Positions 13,385 through 29,635 of a stretch of DNA of 64,000 bases are shown in pieces (position 1 is the first letter of the stretch; every line of letters begins with the position of its first letter). Location of the stretch: assembly GCF_006345805.1 (NCBI RefSeq), contig NC_043002.1, forward strand, positions 52,576,001 to 52,640,000, read 5' to 3'. The notes beneath the pieces are model-generated. The model saw nothing but the letters and a program-made list of their open reading frames with translations, searched no databases and was not told the origin of the DNA. This DNA comes from Octopus sinensis (taxonomy: Eukaryota). Position numbers and translations under genes: made by a program.

Positions 13385-13775
13385 ATCTTATCTTAAGTTA
13401 TTTTTTTGGCTCAAAAAGCAAAAAGCAAGGCCATGTAGGGGGACATGGAGTTAAGTACAGGGAGGGTGTTCATGTAAAGAGTTCAGGCCATTTCTGGTCA
13501 AGATAGACTTTGAACCGAGCTGTCGTCGGCATCTTCACTATCTCGTCCGGCAACTTATTCCACGGATCCGCAACCCGGACGGAGAAAGCCCCTCTCCTTC
13601 GATTGAGATGAAATCGTCGCAGATAGAGCTTTTCGGAGTGACCCCGCAGCCGACGCTCTGGAGCAGGAGTGAAGAACAGCTCTTTCGAGAGGTTACACTT
13701 TCCGCTTATGATGTTGTGAGCAAGAATGAGATCACCACGGCGTCGTCGTTTTTCTAGAGAATAAAGGTCGAGATC
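13385..13775 (-). mobile_element. CR1-group LINE 3' end (ORF2 C-terminus + 3' UTR)
   Basis: Minus frame LDLYSLEKRRRRGDLILAHNIISG...RLRGHSEKL...RRGAFSVRVADPWNKLPDEIV...FKVYLD...* is the typical CR1-group C-terminus. Confidence 0.9.
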
Positions 13776-14154
13776 GCAGTAACTTGTAAAAAAACACCTA
13801 CGAGTGACTTTTGCGCGCTAGTGTATACTATTTCGAACGTGTAAATAGTTAAGTATTGGTGTATGTAGTTAACAATTATAGCCATAGTGAAGCAAGGGCA
13901 TACTAGATGTAATCCTAGATATATGTGTAAATATACTAGATGTAATCCTAGATATACGTGTATATGTTTTTTGTGTATATGTAGAGATGCCTGGGAACGT
14001 GTGAGTGCTCGCTCAGTTATATATTTCTATTCATGTGTGCACGCGATGTGTTTGTTACACCAGTGTTGCTGTTATTATTGCTATATTATTCGTTATGTTT
14101 AGCACCAGATTAGCACTGACTGCTAACATGCACATCACTTTGCTTGTGCACAAT

Positions 14155-14410
14155 CTTGTACTTGTTCTGACTTCCGGCTGCATTCTCTCGGGTTGGTTTG
14201 GGCTGGCTCTGACCAACAGTTTCACGTCTCTCACGAATGCTGACCATGTCCGATGAGTCCAGATTGCAAATTTCGCAACGCCCCACTGGGAGGGCACCGC
14301 ATCGAATAGCGTGGACTCCGTAGCCATAGTTGTCGTCTGAGGTGTGGAGTTCGGAGCTTCATTGAGTTAACAAATTTACATGCGGTCTCCGGCCATCACT
14401 GAACCTCATC
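14155..14410 (-). mobile_element. RTE-like LINE 3' end remnant
   Basis: RTWSAFVRDV...ASPNQPERMQPEV ending in a CAAGTACAAG-type tail. Confidence 0.5.
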
Positions 14411-17400
14411 TTGTTTTTATTCAGTAATATTGTATACAGGACTACATTTTCCTGTACGTTTCTGAGACAGTAAGGTAATTATCAGAGATTTGACTGCTTT
14501 TTCTCGTAAAACACTTAATTACATTGAGGCTTCTTCTACTGGCTGCTGTTTTCTCAAATGTTATACGCAAGCATGACTACGATTCTTCTGTATAAGTTTG
14601 TAAATAGAACGTAGCATATTTGTATATGAATTGCCCTTCTGTGCAAATATTTAGGACTATAGCAGCACGGTATACATCTAGAGTTACATCAGAGATATGT
14701 AGATAATAAGTATGAGTGAAGGAGGGATGATGTCGAGGCTGTATTTGTGTGCATGTGTATTTAAGGACATGTTTTGTTTTGCGAGCGTTTGTATGTTTGC
14801 GTGTTCTTGTCTTTATGTCGATATAACTTCGTGTATACGTATCTGTTTGTGTAAGCCTTCATTCTGCACACGAACTCGGCGTATGGCTGTGATGTTTTAT
14901 ATATATATATGTGTGTGTGTGTTTGTATACACACACACACACACACACATACACACAGAAGAGAAAGAGAGAGCGACGTTTAGTATCGGTGTGTGTATGA
15001 CTGTGTACCTCTGTGTGTTTATGTGTGTATTTGTGTACATTTGTGTGTGTGTGTGTGTGTGTATGTGTGTGTACTGGAGTGTATGCTTTTATTTGCTTGC
15101 AAATATGTTATATGTTCACAAGAGTATACGTTTCAGCGCCGGCATAGGTGAGACGTGTCTGTGTATATGTGTGTATGTATGTCTAGATAAATATTTACAT
15201 CCCTCTCCACGTCTGTCCCAGTGTGCATGCGTCGGTGTACGCGTATGTGTATGAAAGTGTGCCTGTCCACAAATCTGTTGGTATATATTCATGTACTTGT
15301 ATATGTATTTTCTCCATATTATTGGTATTGTATGATTTTCTTTTTCAGATGTTTTATTCTATCATAATTCTATCATGTAGAAGCGTGTCGTTACACTAAA
15401 TATTTTAACTTAGTCTATTATGTATTTATAGAGTTCTCTTGTGATTGATGTGACTTCAGAGGCAAGCTTGTGAGAATATGCTATGCTCCAGTGTACATAG
15501 ACGTGTTATTCTACACATTTATCCGAAGTTATATGAATGTATAGATAACTCGATAAAGATACAGAGAAAACTCTATGTGTGTGCGCGCGTGCGTTTGTGG
15601 TGTGTATGTGCGTGTGTAATAATGAAATCAAACCAAATAGTGATATTTTCAAAATAATTAAATACGTACATTTGAGGTTTGCGGAAATTTACGTATCAAA
15701 TGATTTCGAAATATTACTGTTATTCGGTTAGAATTCATTATTACAACTAACACAGCTCGATGCCAATACAAACTAGCCCTTCTTGACTCCACTTACGCGG
15801 ATACTCTGACAACAATTTGGAATAGTTTGTTATATCTCGCGCGAGTTGAAAATTCCGGTACCGTACACCTCTTCTTAGCGGAACAGGAAATGTGTGTGCG
15901 TGCGTGCGTGTGTGTGTGTGTGTATGTGTGTGGTGTGTGTGTGTGTGTGTGTGTGGTGTGTGTGCATGTGTGTGTCTGTGTGAGCACATATATATGTGTC
16001 CCAGTGTATGTATGAGTGAGTGTATGAATACATTTCTAGAGTCATCTCAGGAATATGCAGTTACGTATAAAACTTGTGTCGACATATATAGGCGTCTGTG
16101 TAGCAATATATTTTAGTGGCATAGCAATGGGGAAAAAATGACAGCACCGCACCCCAAATACCCTTTTTTAGGAACCCTGAAAGTTACTCTCAGACAGGAA
16201 ATTTGGTCTGAATGAATGGAGTAGGGTGGATTTTGCTTAAAGTACCCAGGGAAATAGTGGTGGTGGTGGTGGTGGTGGTGGTGGTGGTCTTAAGCCGAGA
16301 AACATATTAAGTCTATCAGCTGATAACAGGAAAAGTTCTTCTACACAAAAGGCTTCCGCACAGTTTCCATCCCACAAAATTTTAATCACAAGGATTCGGT
16401 CGCTCTGAGATTAGGATGAAAGATTCCCAATGAGGTGCACAGCAGGAAATATTGCACATGGATATTTGAATGCAGAAATGTGCCACTTTCTAAGCATATG
16501 GGAATGTGTGTATGCGTAGGCAAAAGTTTAAAGCTTTCACAGGGTGTGTATACACACACTGGCAGACACACATAAACACATATGTGGCTATTGTGTATGT
16601 ATATATATATATACAGACATACACACACACAAACACATACATATTTATACGGATATATATCGGTGAGAGTATATGTGTTTGTTGTAAGTGTATATCTATG
16701 CACACAAATTGTATGTGATATACGCGTCAGATTTTCAATTCATATCCTTCCAGTCAGATTGTTCTTGTATCAAATACCTCTGAGACGCTAACTGAATAAA
16801 AATAATAGTCAAGCTATTAGTAACATCGTTAATATAGGGAGAATGAAAAAAGCTACCTGCAAATACTGATGTAGTAAGTAAAACCAATATTAGTCAATGA
16901 CTAACATTATTTTCCATCCTCTTACAAGTACCGAAAGCAAATTTAGGCATGTTTCGTTCTTTTTTTTTTTTTTAAATCTTTTCAACGAAAAATAGACATC
17001 TCTGTAGAGGTGAACGAATTACTAAATATCTATAAATGTAGATTCTAAATTTCATAGCAAAGAAAAATATAATTGCGTAGAAATAAAATAATTAAAGAAT
17101 GCTACCTTCAAAATAAAATGTTGCTAAAGTCATTATAAATGTATATATCTATATAATGCAAAAAATTACTTCCATAGAAGCAAACTAAAGTAAGAGATAG
17201 GAGATGACTCGCAAAGTCAGATGCAACACATGTCTTCGCCATGTTCAAAGAATGGGGAGAGAACAATTTTCAGGCGTTGAAAGTCCATTTACTGTACCAC
17301 TGTTATAGCAGCAAGCAACAGTAACAATAACAACAGCAACTATTGCTACAGAACGATTAATACCAGTCGCAGTAGCAATATTAGCAAAAGTGGCATTCTA

Positions 17401-17693
17401 CTCATGGAAGGAGCGGATGGCATTTCATCGCTGAAAGTTCAAAGTTCAAAAACTTGCACCATTCTATAACTGCAAATGATAGTTACAGTAAGAACAGCAA
17501 CAGCACCAACAACAAAATTAACAGCAGCTGCAGTTATGATAGGAAAAGAAACGACGACAAAGGCACTGAACGTAACAACGGTATGAACGGCAGCAACGCC
17601 AGATGAAGCGGAAACAGCAACATAAGTAGTAAACACAACAGCCCCGACAACAGCAACAACAACTCCAACAACAGTAACAACAACGAGTGCAAT

Positions 17694-18300
17694 GGCGGCG
17701 AGCTGACAGAAACATTAGCACGCCTGACGAAATGCTTAGCGGTATTTCGTATGCCGTTACGTTCTGGGTTCAAATTCCCCCGAGGTCGACTTTGCCTTTC
17801 GTCCTTTCGAGGTCGATAAATTAAGTACCAGTTACGCACTGGGGTCGATATAATCGACTTAATCCCTTTGTCTGTCCGTGTTTGTCCTCTCTGTGTTTAG
17901 CCCCTTGTGGGTAGTAAAGAAATAGATATTTCACCCGTCGCTATGTTCTGAGTTCAAATTCCGCCGAGGTCGACTTTGCCTTTCATCCTTTCGGAGTCGA
18001 TAAATTAAGTACCAGTTACGCACTGGGGTCGATATAATCGACTTAATCCCTTTGTCTGTCCTTGTTTGTCCTCTCTGTGTTTAGCCCCTTGTGGGTAGTA
18101 AAGAAATAGAAATAGGTATTTCGTCTGCCGCTACGTTCTGAGTTCAAATTCCACCGAGGTCGACTTAGCCTTTCATCCTTTCGTGGTCGATTAAATAAGT
18201 ACCAGTTACGCACTGGGGTCGATGTAATCGACTTAATCCGTTTGTCTGTCCTTTTTTGTCCCCTCTGTGTTTAGCCCCTTGTGGGCAATAAAGAAATAAG
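17694..18300 (+). mobile_element. SINE family B head-to-tail trimer with 14-bp TSD
   Basis: Three repeats of gttctgagttcaaattcc...ggtcgactttgcctttcatcctttcg...aagaaata. TSD aacaacgagtgcaa at 17679-17692 and 18302-18315. Confidence 0.92.
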
Positions 18301-19257
18301 TAACAACGAGTGCAACGACGTAAACAATAACAGTGACTGAACACAAACTAATAACAACACTAACAATAGCAACAAAAAACAAGCGTCCGTTGCTGGAGTA
18401 GCCTTCACAAGATAGCTTTACAGTCTATCCCTAGAAGGTAAGCGGGTGAAATTAAAGGATTCCACTTGATTTGAAAAGTTGAGGAGAGAAAAGCAGAGCT
18501 TGCGCTCTCTGCAAAAACTTTAGCTGCCACTGCCAAAAAGATTGCTCTATATATAAAACAAATTGTTACTTACAGACGGTCATGATGGCGCAAGTAGTAA
18601 GGACTCATCCAAAATATATAGCAGGACACCCAGCTTATATTTGTGTGCCTTAAAGTCCTCTTAAACAGGTGACTCGTGTATTTTATGAACACACATCGTC
18701 TAAAAGATAGAAGTACTTTCCGACAGGAAAAACAACTGCAATCAGATATTCACGGCCGAATCTGCCAAAACCTATAAAGAATGAATAGATACGTTATTGT
18801 TAGGATTTGAGTTATTTCCACTCCTTGCAATATCATAGGCATCTTTTAGAAAACTATAAACTAATTTTTCGACTTCTATCTGCTTAAGCGATCAAAGGTT
18901 ATTAGTCCAATAATTCCTGATAAATTTCAGAAGAAATTCACTATTAAGTTCTAGCTACAATACGAACCCATAAATGTCATTATCCTTTTTCTCACATAGT
19001 TCACACCCTGTATATCCTGATATACATATCATAACTAAGCCCAATAAAACTCCAAATTTTCTCTTGTCCCACAGTGGTGAACACTCCACCTAAGGATTGA
19101 ACTCAAGCTGTTAACTCCCATATGATAAATATCCTCTGTATACAACATATTGAGCTCTATATCATATTTTTACCTGAGCACGCGTATGTATGTCTACGAA
19201 CGCAAGTGCGAACATGTATGCACCTATGTGTGTGAGCGCGAGTTTGTATATGTAATG

Positions 19258-19298
19258 TATAGATAGATAGAAAGATAGATAGATAGATAGATAGATAT

Positions 19299-19331
<33 letters not shown>

Positions 19332-19448
19332 AAAAGATAGTAGAAGATAGATAGATAGATAGATAGATAGAATAGATAGATAGATAGATGATAGATAGAT
19401 AGATGAGATAGATGGATAGATAGATAGATAGATGATAGAGAGTAGATA
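19258..19448. repeat. (GATA)n tract (similar tracts at 11585-11730, 21370-21458, 54855-54945)
   Basis: Directly visible. Confidence 0.95.
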
Positions 19449-20024
19449 ATAGGTACATATATATGTTGTACTGTGTGGTATTGTATGCGTGTGTTGTGTA
19501 TGTATGTATTTATGTATATATATATAGTTGTGTGTGTGTGTGTGTGTTGTGTGTGTGTGTGTGTGGTTTTTGTATATACATATACACACACTTACATACA
19601 GATGCATACACCTCACGTATATATGCATATAATCATACATACGCTCATAACTTGATACGCAGATATGTAGTTTCAGAAATTTTATAAAGAACAATGTTTG
19701 TGCGCAGGTGTGTGCGTGTGTGTTCTTGTTTACACGGTGGCTCATGTCATTCGAATAATGCCTACATTTATATGTCGCATATATGTTGCAAATATATGTT
19801 GGTTACCCTACTGTTGTTGGTGTGTGTGTAGATATAATATATACATATGTACATATGCATGTGTGTATGTGTCTGTGCGTGTGTGCGTGCGTATGTATAT
19901 ATGTATGTATATATATACATGTGCGGACTTGTATTTGTGCATATGCTGGTGTGTATGTGTGTGTATCCACACATACACACACATATATGTGTATGTTCAT
20001 ATATATGAACACACATATATATGC

Positions 20025-20070
<46 letters not shown>

Positions 20071-20197
20071 ATGTGCATACGCATGAATATTTGCGTATGG
20101 AAATGATTTCTGTAACTCTTTGACTATACGTGCTTGTGTGCGTGTAATTGTGTATATGTACGCGCCTGTGTGTGTGTGTGCGTGTGTGTGTGTGTGC

Positions 20198-20269
<72 letters not shown>

Positions 20270-20397
20270 TCCACTTGTTTGAAAGATATGCGCTGAAACC
20301 ACTTGAGTTGGTAAGATTCCTCAAAAATAGCACACGAAGCAATTTGCCAACTTAAACAAGCAAAAACACTCGAATTCTTTCACGTGGAGTATGTATG

Positions 20398-20433
<36 letters not shown>

Positions 20434-21369
20434 CGTGGGCCCGTGTGTGCGTGTAGTTGTTTGTGTGTGTATGTGTGTTTATGTTCTTCAATGTGTTCCT
20501 TTCGTGTAAGTGTAAGTGTTCAGGTGTCTTCGTAATATTTTTTTTCTGTGCACTGTTCTGTATATCATGCTGTCCCCTTTACCTTGTATACGTTTTTAAT
20601 AATAGATTTAAAAACTACTGTATATCTAAACACAATATTCATACATATACACATACATATTATACATATGATATATATATATATACATATAGTTTCCACA
20701 TCCTTTATAAGTACCCTTTATAGAAGATAACGAAATTAATAAAGCTATACAAAACGGTTTTGTATCGAATAATTTATTTTATGCAATGTCTATAAAATAT
20801 TGTTTATATAATTGTTATTTCGAAGCAAAACATACAAGATATATCATTGCTAAAACAGATATTTTCCGGATTTTGCTCTGTAGTTATATGTTGTCTCTTT
20901 GTTACTTTAGTCTTATTCGTTCAGTAAACTTTCGTGAGCATAAAAAACCTAAACAGGATTTTCCTTACAAATATAGATTAGCAGGCATATCACTTCTTTT
21001 TGTAATAGAGAAAGAGAAAAAGAGAAGGGATAAGAATCTCGTCAAAATCTGTATACGTATACCTGGAGCCTGAATAGCAGCAGTAATTGAGATTTTCATT
21101 TTTTTTATATTCTTCAACTATCTTCTTCTTAATGGCTTTCTCTCAAGCTAAACGGATGTTTGTATGTAGTTAAAATAGTTGGAGCATCTGCTAAAAGTAC
21201 TATTTATACAAGATAAATTAATTAATAAAACAAGACAGTAAGTTTAGACGCACTCTATGGCTTCATTCAGTTATTCAACACACACACACACACACATACA
21301 CACAAATACAAATGCACTCATATATGCAAATATACATGCATACCCTATATATGAATATGTCTATATATG

Positions 21370-21426
<57 letters not shown>

Positions 21427-21515
21427 ATAGATAGAAAGATAGATAGATAGATAGATATACGCATATATATTCGAATATATACGTATGTCTGTATGTATAT
21501 ATATGTATATATATA

Positions 21516-21752
21516 GGCGGCGAGCTGGCAGAAACGTTAGCGCGCCGGGCGAAATGCGTAGCCGTATTTCATCTGTCGTTACGTTCCGAGTTCAAAGACC
21601 GCCAAGGTCGACTTTGCCTTTCATCCTTTCGGGGTCGATAAATTAACTACCAGTTACACACTGGGGTCGGTTCGATGTAATCGACTTAATCCGTTTGTCT
21701 GTCCTTGTTTGTCCCCTCTGTGTTTAGCTCCTTGTGGGTAGTAAAGAAATAT
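21516..21752 (+). mobile_element. SINE family B full-length monomer
   Basis: ggcggcgagctggcagaaacgttagc...gtaaagaaata, sitting within (TA)n. Confidence 0.9.
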
Positions 21753-21865
21753 ATATATGTGTCTGTGTGTGTGTGTATACATAAACATACGCTTATATAC
21801 GTATATAAGTATATACATATACATATATATGTATGTATATATAATATATATATATATATACATAC

Positions 21866-21904
<39 letters not shown>

Positions 21905-22114
21905 GAGGGAATTCTTTCAGTTTCTATCTTCCAAATACGAACACATTTCGGGGGGCGGTTACACTTGAGATGGTTCGATCTGGTTGCCCGTGCGTATGTG
22001 TGTATGTAAGTGTTCACCAAATCTTTCGCTTCTCATGTCATTGAGCTGATTTTTCTGAAAATGTACCTCATGTACATATATTCATCTTTACATACACTCA
22101 GACACACACACACA

Positions 22115-22280
22115 CCGCCACCGCTGGCTAGGCGGGTAGGCCAACACCCCCCCCCTTGATCGAAGCAGTGTGAAATGAAGTGCTTTGCTCAAGAATACAA
22201 CGTTCCACCCAGTCTGACAATCGAACCCACGATCTAGCAATCGTCAGTGCGACAGCCTAACCACTTGGCAACGAACCTTA
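22115..22280 (-). mobile_element. SINE with family-C head and 'tgttggcct...tagccagcg' tail
   Basis: Minus: tRNA head, ttgtattcttgagcaaagcacttcatttcacactgct, then the tail shared with 37819-38133. Confidence 0.7.
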
Positions 22281-22310
22281 ACACATATGTCACACAAACG
22301 TATATATATA

Positions 22311-22382
<72 letters not shown>

Positions 22383-22551
22383 TGAGTATGAGTGTGTTTG
22401 TAATTATCCTTTACCATCACGACCGATTGACAACCGGTATTGATATATTTACGTCCCATTAACTAAGTAGTTCTATTGAAAAAATGACTGATAGAATACG
22501 TGCCAGACTTATTTCTTTTTTAAATAAGTGCTCAATATTTTGTTTGGTTTA

Positions 22552-22760
22552 AGGCGGCAATCATTACCGCAGCAGGAAAAAATGCTTAGTAGCATTTCTT
22601 CCGACTTTACGTTCTGAGTTCAAATGCCACCCGGAGTTGACTTTGCCTTTCATCGTTCCGAGGTCGGTAAAGTAACTAACAGTTAAACACTGGGGTCGAT
22701 AAAATCGACTTACCCTCTCCCCTGAAATTGCTGGTCTTGTGTCACTATTTAAAATCAATA
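22552..22760 (+). mobile_element. SINE family B, short-tail variant (similar copies 26565-26760 +, 27735-27935 -)
   Basis: gttctgagttcaaatgcc...gttgactttgcctttcatc...tggggtcgataaaatcgacttaccctctcccctgaaattgctgg. Confidence 0.8.
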
Positions 22761-25436
22761 TTTAGTTTGGTTCGGTTTTTTTCATGCTAGCCCTAAATAA
22801 GTAGACCTATGATGAAAGGCAGTCCAACAAAGACTATTTCAGCTAATTTTAGACATATTATGCATAAGAAGTGTATAATGGGAAGGCGATTTGGCTGTTA
22901 TTTTCAAGAGGCTTGGCGACTGCATGGAGAACTTTCCTATTAGCGTATAAAGTTGGCTAGATTCTGATGAGCTGACTCACTTTAGATACACTGTACAAAG
23001 ATATGATATTCACCATATACTACGAAGTAATTACAAACACAAGATTTTGCCTACCGAAAACCGGGATGTTTAATTTGCAATTTGTAAATGTATTAGGATT
23101 TCAACGTTTAACATGATGTAAATTTGTCAACCATAAGTGAATAAAGTAAGTTAATGCATCTCCGTTGGTTTTGATGATGTGGATTCAGTCGTTAGTTCAA
23201 CTGAATTGCCTGCTTATTGAATTAATGTATAAGTGGCTAAGTATACCACAGGCACGTGTACTCTTAACGTAATTCTCAAGTAGAGTCAGTATTGCACTGT
23301 GTGTGAGAATGATGTAATTTTGAAATACAGATGCAATCCACCCGGCGAGCCCAGTTTTGCGGACTCACAAGAGTTGGGTTGATCAGAGACAAACGTAAAA
23401 GACACTTGCCCTAGCCTCCACACAGTGAAATCTAATCCGGAACTTTGATTGTGACGCAAACTTTTTAACCCTCAAACGTGCTGTTTCTTACTAATGTAGG
23501 GATAAGCAACATTAACAGCGATTTACAAGAGTTAAACACAAGAGGCTGTTAGCGATTCACATCTCCATTTACGATACCGCAATTTATTATTCCAACTCTG
23601 TTGTACCTGTCTTTAAGCTAAGCGGAGTGTGTCATTTGATAACAAGGACTTTTAACCATAAGTACAAGGCTGAGATTATGTTAAGACTCGGCTTACTAAC
23701 TTTTCAGCTAACAGAGCTGGCAGTCTTCTCCCGTAACCCAGTAGGTAGGTAGGTGCCTTCTACTTTTATACGTTTAGTAATATGCTTTGTGCAAGAATAC
23801 ATATTCTCACAACTACGATTTGGCCAATGGAATTCAAAGCCTAATTTTTATAGCTATTCTCTGTTTCTCAGTTATTTACCAAGAGTAACAAGATAAAATT
23901 CGTATCATGGGGCTGAAATATTTATCGGTTATTTACTAAGAGAAATGAAATGGGTTTGGGTAAAAGAAAATACAGGAAGATCAGTTACTTGCGATTTTAT
24001 TCAGCAAGTTTCCCTCAAGATTAACATAGTTATTGCAACGGTCCTTCAGTTTTTCTAAGCCCTGTAAAAGAACTCGGAAGGTTGGGCCTCCAACCAAGCC
24101 TTTTCGCGATACCTTTAAAGCTAGGAAATATTCAACACCTCCTCGTACATCGCACGAATGGAATGGGAAGAGCTGGAAAGAATATGGACTAACATGCTGA
24201 TTTATTATGCGTATTTAACGATATTTCTTATACAGACGAGTGGCTCAACGTGTACCGTAGAATGTGTGGGAAGTCTTCGGTGCGATCTGTTCATCATTCA
24301 GTTACAGATTCTCGGATTAAGATTCCTTAACATTTTTGTTTTATCATTTATGCCATTGGGACTTTAGTGAATATTGTACAATCTAATTTCATTATATTCT
24401 CTTATAGATTATTCGCCCCTAAGCCAAAGATTTAGTAATAAATGTTGCTTGGCTTAAAAATTAATTGTTCCTGTCATGGATACAGCTCAAACAACTTACA
24501 ACAACGTCAATATTTCAAGCAGCAAGTATCAGAATTTGCTGGCGGCATTTTTAATCCAAACGGAAAGTAATATCTATAAAGATGATCCAGTAAAAGCTTT
24601 CCTATCATATTTAGTTGAAGGCGAAAAAATAATCTTAGATTCCATAATTTTCTGTATTGTTCTGTATCATACACCACTACTCACATTCACAAAATATTTT
24701 TTAAAGGGATATATATATAAATATATTAATAAAATAATTTGTGTAAATTGAAAACCTGTTAAAACGTTAAATCGTTATAATGATTTCTAACAAAGTCTCA
24801 GAGCTACATTTTTGAGGGGTTGTAATCGAATGGATCGCCCTAATAATTAAATATTACTTATTTTATCTTTGCAAAAATTACAGGTAAAGTCGAAAAAATT
24901 TTTTTTTTAATTTGCGGTTATAACTATTTCTACGATAAACAGCAGGCCGGTTATTGAATACTTTGTGGCGTGAAAATCAAAACTGTCAAATGATCGATGA
25001 ACTCAAGAGAATCAACGGTAATCCCATATTGTGTATATATGTATGTTTAAGTTACATGCTGAATCTGGATTGTCGAGAGATTCAGAGGAAGAAAAACAAT
25101 CCTCAAGATTGAAATTCATCGGACAGAAGCACAATATTCAGTAATAGCAGTGCATGATGAAACTTATGGATTACTCCATTCATCACATCACGATGAGACA
25201 TATTGATCACTCTAATCATCCTACATCATTTCTGATATAAAAGTAGTCATCCAGCCAACTGTATCACTTAGCCAAGAAGGAGACAAAATGGTTGTCTGGC
25301 GCAGCCTTTCATCACCATAATCCAGCACGTGCGCAAGTCAAAACTCGAATTTCTTCAAACCACAAAAAAGCGGTACCGACAGTCAGGATATTACCAGCCT
25401 GTACCACTATTCATATTCACAAAATATTTTTAAAAT

Positions 25437-25500
<64 letters not shown>

Positions 25501-28500
25501 TATATTATAGAATAATTTGTATAATTGAAAATATTTCAAACAGCGGGAGTAGCCACAAATGTCTAGTCGCAAGGTCGGCTGCTTCCTATATCGTTGCAGT
25601 GTATTAACGAGTGGAGTCTTGGTTGTCTCCGAAAACAAAGAACGAACAAAATATATACCATAACCACAAATATTGTGGGTAGGGTTTTGTTGATTATATG
25701 AACCTCAGTACTTCGCTGGTATATATTTTATAGGTCTCGGAAGAAAGACCGGATTAATACTAGGGAAACGTTATGAGGCATTTTTCCCCACACTGCCTAT
25801 TCTGAGTTTCACCTTCCAAACATTTCCAGGAAAGGATTATATTGTTTTAATTATATCCTATCATCATTATGACTGAGATGACATCATTATTAACTTTTTT
25901 TTTAACTATGCATATAATCACACCGACACTTAGAATTTTACATTTACATAAGTATGTATACAAATATGTATGTAAGTGCATAGATATGCACACGTACATA
26001 CTTGAACTCACGACCTTGCAATCTTGAGCCGTATGCCCTAACCACTAAGCCACGCGCCTACACTCAGTATACAATACTGATAATGTATCCAAGTATTGCA
26101 TCGGTAAATATATGTTATGTATATACATCCATCATTATCCATCATTCTCATGAATCTTATACCTATGAAATTAATCGATGTATTTTGACGTACTTCGTCT
26201 GCTGTATGGCAACTTCTATAAAATAAAACTACCGCAGAGCCAAAGCATTCATTCGAGCTCAGTTTCTGATAGAAAACATTTTCGTTCTCTTACTTGGAGA
26301 AAGTATAAACATCATACAATCTTTATTGCTTTATGCCTAAGTAAACTATCAGCGTGTCATATATTTATGACAATTCTGATTGGATAGTGATGAAATAGTC
26401 ACATGTGGAAACAGACTTCAAGTTACCAATCCGAGTTGCTGCTTTTGCTCCCTTGCTACTTGTGCTAAATAATGATCTGGAGAAAATGTTGAATATTCCG
26501 CTAACTCATGTAATTTCGCTCAAAAATACGGAGTTGTATTCAATATACTTTATATCTCTTAAGCGGCCTGCTTGTAGAATTGTTGCAGCACCAAACAAAC
26601 AGCTTAGCACCATTTCTTCTGACTTTTACGTTCAGAGTTCAAATGCCACCGGGGCCGACTTTACTTTTCATCTTTTTGGGGTCGATAAAATTAGTACCAG
26701 CTGAGCACAGGTATCGATGTAATCGGCTTACCCTCTCGCCTTGTGCTGAAATTTGAAACTTCTATATCTTTAATTCTTCTAATTAACATTGATTTATTGC
26801 AATTGTCTGGGAGAATGTATAGTCAATTGAAATAAACCATTACCTGCCTGGAACTTATTTTATTGATCACTTAGAAGAAAGAAAATGAAGTCGAGCGCAG
26901 CGTGATTTGAACGCTAAATGTTGTGAGAGGAAATTAAATATTTGTGAGGCAGTGGGTTGCTCTAACATTTGTTTTTATTGAAATTTTTGTATCCTTTCAC
27001 TCGGAACTGGCAACTGGTGAGCGTATCTAATTAATCTCTTAATGGAGATTGTCTTACAGATGATCTCCTTGGCTCCGATGTCTCCAAAGAATGAGCTAGG
27101 AAAAACAAATCGCTATACCTGTTATCCGTTATGCATCTGAGACTACTGGTTAAAAGTTACTGAGTGGAACGAAAACTACCTTAGACTACAACACACTCTT
27201 GGTTGATCACTTTAGACAGTATGATGTATCGGTAAAATCAGAGCAAATAGAAGATATTTACTTGAGGTTCTTGATTCATCTCTAAGTCTATTGAAATTGT
27301 CTTAATTATTTAACTATCCAACCATAGAAAGAGCAGAAATTCTTGTTTATTCTCATCTTGTGGACACATCTTGTGGACACATTATATATCTGTGTATGTC
27401 AAGGAAATGACGAATTACTATGAAGATTTTGTTAAAAGAAACTGTCAAATAATTGACTTATAATTTGATTTAAACTTCTCTATAATTGATTTATAATCGA
27501 AGTTTTTGATATCTGATACTTACTTTGTATATATAACAATAATTCAAAAACTATTTTCATTCTTTAATAAATGTTTCCAATTTTGGCATTTTCACTAACA
27601 TTGAACATTTTCATTCACCATAGACTATCTTGTTCACCTCGAATATTTTTATGCATGTTCTCCATTTTTTTTTAAATTCTTGATTAATTTTTCAAACTAC
27701 GAATCATAAATATTTTAACAACAACAATGATGCTTTCAAATTTTGGCTCAGGGTCAGCAAATTTTAGTAGAAGAGGATTCGCCGATTACATCGTTCCAGG
27801 CAGGTACATTATTTTATCGAGCTTGGAAGGATGAAGGGCAAAGTTGACCTCGGCGAGGTTTGAACTTAGAACATAAAAACTGGAAGACATGTCGCTAAGC
27901 ACGTTGTCAGACGATGCAACCGTTTGTCAGCTCGTCCAGTGAATTCCTTGAATAATAATTAGCATAAAGTCATACTTTCTACAGTCTTTCTTCAAATAGT
28001 CATACTGTCTTCAGGCTTACTTGAATCTTTAAGAGGCTTTTTTCAGTAGAAAATAAAAATTAATTTATGTTTTTTACAAGGCCCAGTATTACGATGATTT
28101 ACTTTGATTTTAGAAGAGATGAAGAATCATGTTAACAATTCTGTCAAAAGAAACTTCGCATGCATTGCGAAGATTTCCCAATATATTTCTGATTCGAAAA
28201 ACATCGTTGCGTCAGAACGTCAGAAATGATTATCTTAGTATATTATAAGCATACTCACACTTCAACACTAGTCAATATTTTACTTAACACAAATATTTAG
28301 TATCAAACATAAAAATCCATGTGCCAATAAGTCGTGGATAAGCTCGTGGTCATCAAGTTCGCAACAGGATTTCGATTCTCTGAGGAGCTATTAAATGTCG
28401 ACTTTTGGCTTGTACTTGTCATACAAATACATGTAGTGAACAAGCTATAGAAACAGTGGCTCAACTAGACTGATTCCTTGCATTCAGACATTAATATACA

Positions 28501-28566
28501 CGATATGAAAACGAAGTCTTCGATGCTGTTCCCAGACCATCATATGGTTTACGATAGACTATACAT

Positions 28567-29400
<834 letters not shown>

Positions 29401-29635
29401 CTTTATTTTTCCCCCTGGTAAATAGCCAAAAGTTACTATTATCGCTCGTGGTATTCACGAACACATTCTAGTCTAATTCTGTCCTCATATAAATAAATGT
29501 ATAACAGAGGTTGATACAGCTGCTACATACCACTAAAGTTTCACATTTTGGAGTGTAGCAATGTCAACAACTCACAAAACTATAAGGTATAACATATTCG
29601 AAACTAAATTTTTTAGTTAAATAACTCCGAAATAT

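Noticed and set aside
17694-18300. CRISPR-like or minisatellite array
   Set aside because: The units are ~180-230-bp SINE copies without unique spacers, in a eukaryotic context with no cas genes.
24670-25535. Short diverged direct repeat (24670-24755 vs 25400-25535) as LTRs
   Set aside because: No TG..CA ends, PBS/PPT or TSD; too short and AT-rich to interpret.
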